Under the pieces are notes generated by a model. That model was given only the letters and a program-made list of their open reading frames with translations, was not told the DNA's origin and did no database searches. Shown here one piece after another: positions 31,544 to 40,755 of a stretch of DNA of 40,755 bases. The DNA lies in contig JAODGR010000043.1 in assembly GCA_025464275.1 (NCBI GenBank), positions 1-40,755 on the forward strand, written 5' to 3'. This DNA comes from Methanosarcinales archaeon. Lineage in GTDB: Archaea; Halobacteriota; Syntropharchaeia; Alkanophagales; Methanospirareceae. Every line of letters starts with the position of its first letter. Within the stretch, counting starts at the first letter, position 1. The position numbers and the translations under genes were made by a program.

Positions 31544-32542
31544 TCATTCCAGCTCCACCCTTATCCCCATTATCTCCCTCTTACCACGGTACACATCCCT
31601 CGCTATCTCCGCGCATCCAATTGCTGCACTGTACCTCGTTAATGTCCGTATCTTCTTCTCGCCCAGTAGCTCTTCTATTCGTGCTCTCATCGCATCCTTC
31701 TCACCCTCTGACCCGGTTAAGAAGATTGCACAGCTTTCCGGCTCTGTGGGTGTGCGGGTTTTAGAGTGAGAGTGTGAGTGAGAGTCATTGAAGAAGACGC
31801 GCATCGCCGCGATCTCCATCGCCACAAAGAGTGCCAGTGTGGCTGTTACATCCAGGTGCACACCGGCTGTTAGCCGCTTACGTGCTACACCGGCGGTGGA
31901 GAATGCCTCATTTGCCCCCATCTTACCGCTGTCTATCTCCCTTATCAGCTGGAGGTCAATAGGACCCTGATATAGCCCTGGCGCACCCATGCATGCATCT
32001 ATCCCACCCTTTATCTCACCATTCACCACACACATCGTTACCGTGTTGGCACTGATATCAGAGAAGATGAAGTGCTTAAACCCCCTTTTGTAGATGTGAT
32101 ATGCAACACCCACCTTCTCAGGGCTTGCACAATGAGAGAAGAACCTCATCCTTGGGTCTATACACTCACTGCCTGCGTGTATCCCGGGTATCATTATAGT
32201 GGTGATACCGGAGTTCTTTATGGCGTCGAATACGTTTGTACCGCCACCGACTGCTATACCCGCTCCACCTTCGCTCCTCAATCCCCGGTCTGGTACCTCA
32301 CCAATCTCCTTTATCCTTGAGAAGCCATCACCCATCGAGTAGCTCAGAGCAATGAGCTCTATCTCCTCTGCTCTTGCTCTCAAACCCAGACCCAGCTCCA
32401 TCCACTCCAATATCGCTTCTCTATCCATCTTAGCCGCTTCTTCACGAGCTAACTCAGCGATTCGCGGCTTTGTATCACCATCCTCAGCCCCTATTCCGGC
32501 AAACCGTATTCCCGTGGTGCCGTGGTCTATACCTACGAACAT
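31544..32542 (-). CDS. ASKHA-fold ATPase resembling methanogenesis marker protein 12 (UPF0285)
   Basis: N-terminal MFVGIDHGTTGIRFA (phosphate-1 motif of the actin/Hsp70/BadF fold), later SYSMGDG and IMIPGIHAG. Length of about 330 aa. Family assignment is from memory. Confidence 0.5.
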   Translation of the reverse strand: MFVGIDHGTTGIRFAGIGAEDGDTKPRIAELAREEAAKMDREAILEWMELGLGLRARAEEIELIALSYSMGDGFSRIKEIGEVPDRGLRSEGGAGIAVGGGTNVFDAIKNSGITTIMIPGIHAGSECIDPRMRFFSHCASPEKVGVAYHIYKRGFKHFIFSDISANTVTMCVVNGEIKGGIDACMGAPGLYQGPIDLQLIREIDSGKMGANEAFSTAGVARKRLTAGVHLDVTATLALFVAMEIAAMRVFFNDSHSHSHSKTRTPTEPESCAIFLTGSEGEKDAMRARIEELLGEKKIRTLTRYSAAIGCAEIARDVYRGKREIMGIRVELE

Positions 32543-32547
32543 CCTCC

Positions 32548-32982
32548 CTACTGCCGTTTCACCTCTCTCTTCAGTTCCACCAGTTTCAGACCACCCGGGA
32601 TATCGGTTATCACATCAAGGACAGTGCACTTATCGCCGTTCATGAGACCGGGAGGGTGGCATAGATCAGAGAGTGAAGGCTCGCAATCCAGTGTTTTGAA
32701 TACGATTTTCGAACCTTTTACTGCCTGTTTTGCCTCTATTATCGCCTTTATCGGTGGCTCGGTCACCTCCACCACACACACTCCACCCTCGTGGATGGGG
32801 CATTCGTGCTTCATACCCTCTCTTATCCTCTCCACCCTGTATCTCCTCCCCACCTCGAGATTGGCGCACGCCTTCTTCAATCTGCACCCATCGCATCTCC
32901 TCGCCGGACCCATGAAGATGAACTCCTCCCCCTCCTTCGCCTGCTTCTCTCCTATCAGAGTTACTATCCTCCCCCCTTCCAT
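32548..32982 (-). CDS. UPF0179 family Cys-rich protein
   Basis: VTLIGEKQAKEGEEFIFMGPARRCDGCRLKKAC...HECPIHEGGVCVVEV...LDCEPSLSDLCHPPGLMNGDKCTV matches the archaeal UPF0179 pattern in length and Cys spacing. Confidence 0.65.
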   Translation of the reverse strand: MEGGRIVTLIGEKQAKEGEEFIFMGPARRCDGCRLKKACANLEVGRRYRVERIREGMKHECPIHEGGVCVVEVTEPPIKAIIEAKQAVKGSKIVFKTLDCEPSLSDLCHPPGLMNGDKCTVLDVITDIPGGLKLVELKREVKRQ

Positions 32983-33044
32983 CTCCTCTCATTCCTGTGT
33001 ACCGTCTATCCACTCTTAATCTACTACCACTGACTATCACCCAT

Positions 33045-34145
33045 CTATCCAATCACACCGGTGGTGATAGCCAATCGTTCCGCTGCTTCCCTCGTAAGTC
33101 CCGATTCACCCAGGATGGTGAATCGTTCGGGATTGATCTTGTGTGCGGTAGTGAGTGCCTCAATGATGTGTTCATCCTTTATACCCAGCTCCTTCGCGGT
33201 CGTGGGAGCGCCAATCTCCCTGAGGGTGTCACGAATCCGCTGCCAGTTATCACCATACAGATATGACATCATTATGGTTCCGACACCACACTGCTCGCCA
33301 TGCAAAGCCGGTTTATCTGCTATCATATCGAGAGCATGGCTGAATTTGTGCTCTGAGCCGGACGCAGGTGCGGATGACCCGGCGATACTTATCGCGACAC
33401 CACTCGAGACCAGCGCCTTTACCACGGTCCATGCAGCCTTCTCATCCCTCTTCTTTATCTCCTTCGCCTTCTCCAATATCATGTTCGCGGTCATCTCTGA
33501 GAGGGCGGCGGCGTAACTGCTGAATTCCACACTCTGTAGCCGGTGAGCGAGTTGCCAGTCACGTACCGCGGTATAGTTCGCGATGATGTCACCACACCCG
33601 GCAGCGGTGAACCTGAAAGGTGCAGAGGATATTATCTGAGTATCTGCGATGACTGCGAGTGGTGCATGAGCCTGCCTGGATACGGGGCTGTGACCCTCCT
33701 CACCCTTTATAGAAGCCCTGGGCGAGGCGATACCATCATGTGATGCGATGGTCGGGATAGAGATAAAAGGAATACCAAGTTCGAATGATGCGACCTTGCC
33801 GGTATCAATGATTGTCCCACCGCCAACTGCGAGTATGAACCTCGCTCTGCACTCCCGAGCTATCTCCACGGTGCTCTCTATACTGCCACGATTTATAGCC
33901 TCTACCACAGCCATCTGCACCTCGTAACCCGAATCGGTCAGGAACTCCACCACCTTCTCACCCGCTATCGTCCTCGTGAAGCGTGCACCGGTGACCACGA
34001 GGGCGTTGCCCTGCAGCCCCAGGTGTTTACATACCCGACCCACCTCAGACAGTACACCATGACCGACCAGGAGTTCTCGTGGCAGTTGCATCCATTTCAT
34101 CTTATCAAATGGTTTCATCTCCTGGCTCCTTTGCCTCTCCTTCAT
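33045..34145 (-). CDS. egsA: sn-Glycerol-1-phosphate dehydrogenase
   Basis: LPRELLVGHGVL, AVGGGTIIDTGK, IPTIASHDGIASPRASIK, GDIIANYTAVRDW, GSEHKFSHALD, HGEQCGVG match the archaeal G1PDH pattern. The true start is probably an internal Met (MKWMQLP). Confidence 0.85.
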   Translation of the reverse strand: MKERQRSQEMKPFDKMKWMQLPRELLVGHGVLSEVGRVCKHLGLQGNALVVTGARFTRTIAGEKVVEFLTDSGYEVQMAVVEAINRGSIESTVEIARECRARFILAVGGGTIIDTGKVASFELGIPFISIPTIASHDGIASPRASIKGEEGHSPVSRQAHAPLAVIADTQIISSAPFRFTAAGCGDIIANYTAVRDWQLAHRLQSVEFSSYAAALSEMTANMILEKAKEIKKRDEKAAWTVVKALVSSGVAISIAGSSAPASGSEHKFSHALDMIADKPALHGEQCGVGTIMMSYLYGDNWQRIRDTLREIGAPTTAKELGIKDEHIIEALTTAHKINPERFTILGESGLTREAAERLAITTGVIG

Positions 34146-34204
34146 CTCATCTATGGTTATATAAATTTATTGTTTATTATATTTCCTCTCTCATCTCTCA
34201 TCGC

Positions 34205-34975
34205 TCACGTGCGAGATACGAGAGCCAGAAAGCCTGATTCGGGCTCATAGCATCTGCCATCCGCGATGAGTTCATCAATCACCTCCTCCATCCACCTCCC
34301 TCTCAGTCCCCGCTTACTCAGTTCCGCCATTAACACTTCACGACTGCTCTTATCCACGGTATTGAGGAAATCGAGAGCAATCTCCTTTGCAGTTTTGTTA
34401 TAATGGAGCCACAACTGCTGAACCGCCTCCAATGCGATACTCTCACATTCATCCAGTTTGTCGCCATCGCCGTAATGCCTCATCGCTCTGTCCATCCAGC
34501 TGGTGGTGATGGTGGGGAGGTGTGAGCGAAGCTGTTCTATTCTCTCCATTGTCCGTATAGCGGTACTCAGTATCCAGTTATCCCTCACACCCGCATCCAC
34601 CTCAGCCACACACGCAGAGGCGCACGCCTCTCCGTCAATGATCAGGAAACTCTTCTCAGGCGGGTGTACCCGCACACGGGGTTTACCCATGAATGCCAGC
34701 AGATACTCAGGTTCAACTGTGCTAAGCCTGAGCCTGAGCCCCATTCTGGCTGCTATATCTGTATACATGTACAGATTGATGAGAGCGGTGGAATCACTTA
34801 TCTTCAGCTTTGTTATCCTGCCACGGCTCTCCACTTCTTTCACCTCCCCCACAGCAAATAGGGTTGAGCACCTTGCACAGGTGGGTGTAATGACAGAATC
34901 ATCAATCACGAGGTCGCTGAGCATCAATTCCTTGAAGAAAACCCGACAGGCTCCTCTCTCACTTCGCGTTGACAT
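34205..34975 (-). CDS. Hypothetical protein; possible RPA-associated OB-fold protein with a C-terminal winged-helix-like region (tentative)
   Basis: The N-terminal RGACRVFFKELMLSDL...VGEVKEVESRGRITKLKISDSTALINLYMY resembles the N-terminus and OB-fold strand pattern of euryarchaeal RPA-associated proteins. Low certainty. Confidence 0.35.
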   Translation of the reverse strand: MSTRSERGACRVFFKELMLSDLVIDDSVITPTCARCSTLFAVGEVKEVESRGRITKLKISDSTALINLYMYTDIAARMGLRLRLSTVEPEYLLAFMGKPRVRVHPPEKSFLIIDGEACASACVAEVDAGVRDNWILSTAIRTMERIEQLRSHLPTITTSWMDRAMRHYGDGDKLDECESIALEAVQQLWLHYNKTAKEIALDFLNTVDKSSREVLMAELSKRGLRGRWMEEVIDELIADGRCYEPESGFLALVSRT

Positions 34976-34994
34976 CGCACACGAATAAATAGAA

Positions 34995-35810
34995 TCAGAA
35001 GATTATGATACCACCATATCCAACCACACTCGCGGTATCACCGGTGATATCCCCGCTGGTAGCGTATTTAACCAGTTTCCCCTGCTTTGCTCCGAGCCTC
35101 TTCGCAGCATACAGCACCGATGCTATCGGACCAACGCCACATGCGGATGAGCGGTGAGAGAATATACGGTTATAGAACTTACCGACGTCCAGCTCTGTTA
35201 TCGCTTCTATCACCGCTTCATCCTTGACACGAGCTACGTGGTCTGGTTCATAATGGGTGAAGTCGGAGGAGGCGATCATAATAACCCTCTTCTTATCCCT
35301 GAATCTGATAATCGTAGCTGCGAGGTCTTCTCCTATCTCACGTGCAGTCTCTTCGTCACTGAGTGCCACGCAGATGGGTACGAAGAGGAAGGTATCGAAC
35401 CGGTACTGTAAGAATGGTAGCTGAACTTCTATCGAATGCTCATACCTGTGCGCTGTCTCATCGATGTCAATGATCCGTCTGGGTAATGCATCTATGAACT
35501 CGATATCCACATCCACACTACCGAGAGGGGTCATCCACGTCTCCCGCGATGCGGCGACGAGTGAGCCCATGCCATGATGATTGGGACCGAGGATGACGAA
35601 GGTATCGGCATGTGGGAGTCTGGCATAGACATGAGCGGCAACGCCACCAGAATACACGTACCCGGCATGGGGGACGACCGCGCCGATGATGCCCTCTTCT
35701 GTCTCCGCGCCTGCACCTTCTGGCACCCCTGCGAAGCATCTCTCCAGCTCCTCTATCAGCTCACGCCGGGTTGCCGCGTAGAAACTACCTGCTACCGCTT
35801 CTCTTCTCAT
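34995..35810 (-). CDS. MEMO1-family protein (AmmeMemoRadiSam system protein B)
   Basis: REAVAGSFY, GAVVPHAGYVYSGGVAAHVY, ILGPNHHG, EHSIEVQLPFLQ, SSDFTHY. Confidence 0.85.
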   Translation of the reverse strand: MRREAVAGSFYAATRRELIEELERCFAGVPEGAGAETEEGIIGAVVPHAGYVYSGGVAAHVYARLPHADTFVILGPNHHGMGSLVAASRETWMTPLGSVDVDIEFIDALPRRIIDIDETAHRYEHSIEVQLPFLQYRFDTFLFVPICVALSDEETAREIGEDLAATIIRFRDKKRVIMIASSDFTHYEPDHVARVKDEAVIEAITELDVGKFYNRIFSHRSSACGVGPIASVLYAAKRLGAKQGKLVKYATSGDITGDTASVVGYGGIIIF

Positions 35811-35852
35811 CGTATCATCATCTCATCTCACGGTTAGTAGTGTCAAATAGTA

Positions 35853-36509
35853 TCAGATCACCGCCTCGAAGTCCTCCAGTGAGTACTCGAATTTGAAATC
35901 TTCCGTATCACCCTTCTCGCGGCGATGGAGTTCACGCAGCAGTTCACGTGCAAGTAGCCAGTAGACGGTAGCGAGTGCTTTCCTGCCATGGTTGTTCGTT
36001 GGAATGACGAAATCCACATTGGATGTGGAGTTGTTCGTATCACAGAGTGCAATAATGGGTAGACCTGTTTTTACACCCTCTTTCAGTGCCTGTGCATCGG
36101 TCATCGGGTCGGTCAATATGAGGATCGAGGGTTCGATGAAATATTCACTCCTGGGATTGGTGAGTGTACCGGGGATAAACCGTCCCACTATCGCCTTCGC
36201 TCCTGTCACTCTGGCGAACATGCTCGCAGGTCGATGCGCGTACTCCCTTGCAGCCACGACGAGTATGGAAGAGGGTTCGTAATTAGCCAGGAAACGGGCT
36301 GCTATACGTAATCGCCTGTCCATAATCTCTATATCAAGGAGATATAACCCATCTGGTCTTGCCTGATAGATGAACCTTCGCATATCGCCGGTCTTCTGCT
36401 GTGTACCTATATGAACGCCACTCGCAAGATAATCAGGACCCGGTATCAGGGTTTCCATCTTCTCCCCTCCCCCTGCTCCTGCTTCATCTCTATCCGCTTC
36501 GTTCATCAT
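35853..36509 (-). CDS. rps2: 30S ribosomal protein S2 (uS2)
   Basis: [71 protein letters not shown]. The start may be the internal METLIP at 36458. Confidence 0.9.
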   Translation of the reverse strand: MMNEADRDEAGAGGGEKMETLIPGPDYLASGVHIGTQQKTGDMRRFIYQARPDGLYLLDIEIMDRRLRIAARFLANYEPSSILVVAAREYAHRPASMFARVTGAKAIVGRFIPGTLTNPRSEYFIEPSILILTDPMTDAQALKEGVKTGLPIIALCDTNNSTSNVDFVIPTNNHGRKALATVYWLLARELLRELHRREKGDTEDFKFEYSLEDFEAVI

Positions 36510-36579
36510 TTGTGTAGTTGAGGTATTGTTATTCTTATTCTTCTTTTCTTTCTATCATTCTATTTCTATTAAATCTTAA

Positions 36580-39887
<3,308 letters not shown>

Positions 39888-39910
39888 GAAGGGCATGAGA
39901 TGAGCAGAGT

Positions 39911-40755
39911 ATGAGATCTCTTACCTTTGCAGCCCGTATGGAGGATGTAAAGCCCTCAGCGACATTCAAATATAACGAAGCAGCAAAGAAGCCGGGGGTA
40001 ATTAACCTTACCATAGGTAGACCGGGCTTTGATACGCCGGAGGTGATAAAGGACGCGGCGAAACGGGCACTGGATGAAGGTAAAGTACACTACACACCCT
40101 CAAAGGGTATACCAGAACTTAGAGAGGCAATAGCAGCCAAACTGGAGAGGGAGAACCGTATCGGTGGCATCGATGCGGATAAGGTCGTCGTCTCAGGTGG
40201 TGCGAAACAGATAATCTACTGTATAATCATGGCACTGGCAGACAGGGGAGATGTGGTGGCAATTCAGAATCCCACATGGGTGAGTTACGAGGCTCAGATC
40301 CGACTGGCAGATGCGAGAGTGGAGTGGCTGAGTTTGAAGCCGGAGGAGGGTTTCATCCCGGGTGACGATTTCATGCACGAGCTGGAGGAGACGAGTGCCA
40401 AACTGCTGATACTCAATTCGCCAAGTAATCCCACGGGTGCAGTCTTTCCAGAGCGGATAATCAGGGAGATAATGGATGTATGCAGCAGGAAGGGGATCTT
40501 CGTCATCTCTGATGAGGTGTATGAGAAGCTGATCTATGAGGGCAGGCATTACAGCCCTGCGAGTGACTATGAGAATGTGATAACGGTGAACGCATTCAGC
40601 AAGGCGTACAGTATGACAGGATGGCGGCTTGGATACTGTGCGTGTGTAAATCGGGAGCTGGTGGAGAAGATAGAGACGGTGCACCAGCAATCACTCTCAT
40701 GCTGCACCTCCTTTGCGCAGTACGGTGCTCTGGCGGCATTCACAGACGAGGCGAG
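39911..40755 (+). CDS. Class I PLP-dependent (aspartate-type) aminotransferase, 3' end outside window
   Basis: The frame is open from ATG 39911 to the window end. INLTIGRPGFDTP, HYTPSKGIPELREAIA, NSPSNPTGAVF, ISDEVYEKLIYEG, and NAFSKAYSMTGWRLGY (PLP-lysine motif). Confidence 0.85.
   Translation, partial: MRSLTFAARMEDVKPSATFKYNEAAKKPGVINLTIGRPGFDTPEVIKDAAKRALDEGKVHYTPSKGIPELREAIAAKLERENRIGGIDADKVVVSGGAKQIIYCIIMALADRGDVVAIQNPTWVSYEAQIRLADARVEWLSLKPEEGFIPGDDFMHELEETSAKLLILNSPSNPTGAVFPERIIREIMDVCSRKGIFVISDEVYEKLIYEGRHYSPASDYENVITVNAFSKAYSMTGWRLGYCACVNRELVEKIETVHQQSLSCCTSFAQYGALAAFTDEA

Overview
This is a dense, almost fully coding 40.8-kb archaeal chromosomal segment. I call 53 protein genes, including two partial genes at the window edges, plus one tRNA. 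No transposase, integrase, CRISPR array or rRNA is visible. Archaeal markers are TFB, aIF2-beta, L15e, L37e, uS2, an Sm-like protein, glycerol-1-phosphate dehydrogenase and pantoate kinase. Methane-metabolism markers are McrC, a YcaO of the methanogenesis marker 1 type and a marker-12-like ATPase. Together they point to a methanogen, methanotroph or alkanotroph of the Methanomicrobia/Halobacteriota type. Coding strands are strongly purine-rich (GAG/AAG/AGG), so long spurious antisense ORFs are common. The main modules are as follows. (1) An MCR activation/modification neighbourhood at 1-4029: an ABC ATPase fragment, mcrC, a two-domain SAM methyltransferase, ycaO without tfuA, and three small uncharacterised proteins, two of them Zn-binding. 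(2) A long minus-strand array at 6714-13720 that includes a sugar-1-P nucleotidyltransferase, a small domain protein, glycogen synthase and pgk. (3) A block of uncharacterised genes at 13873-16164: an RHH protein, Roadblock/LC7, a membrane protein, an ArsR paralog and an acidic protein. (4) Housekeeping genes with some unusual features. TrpRS carries an insertion of about 90 aa. A bacterial-type NAD-dependent DNA ligase is tightly packed with a LeuA/NifV-family synthase. A minimal DAC-domain protein has an RHM motif where bacterial enzymes have RHR. There is also an isolated acyl-CoA dehydrogenase. All product calls rest on motifs recognised by eye in the translations; no database search was possible.
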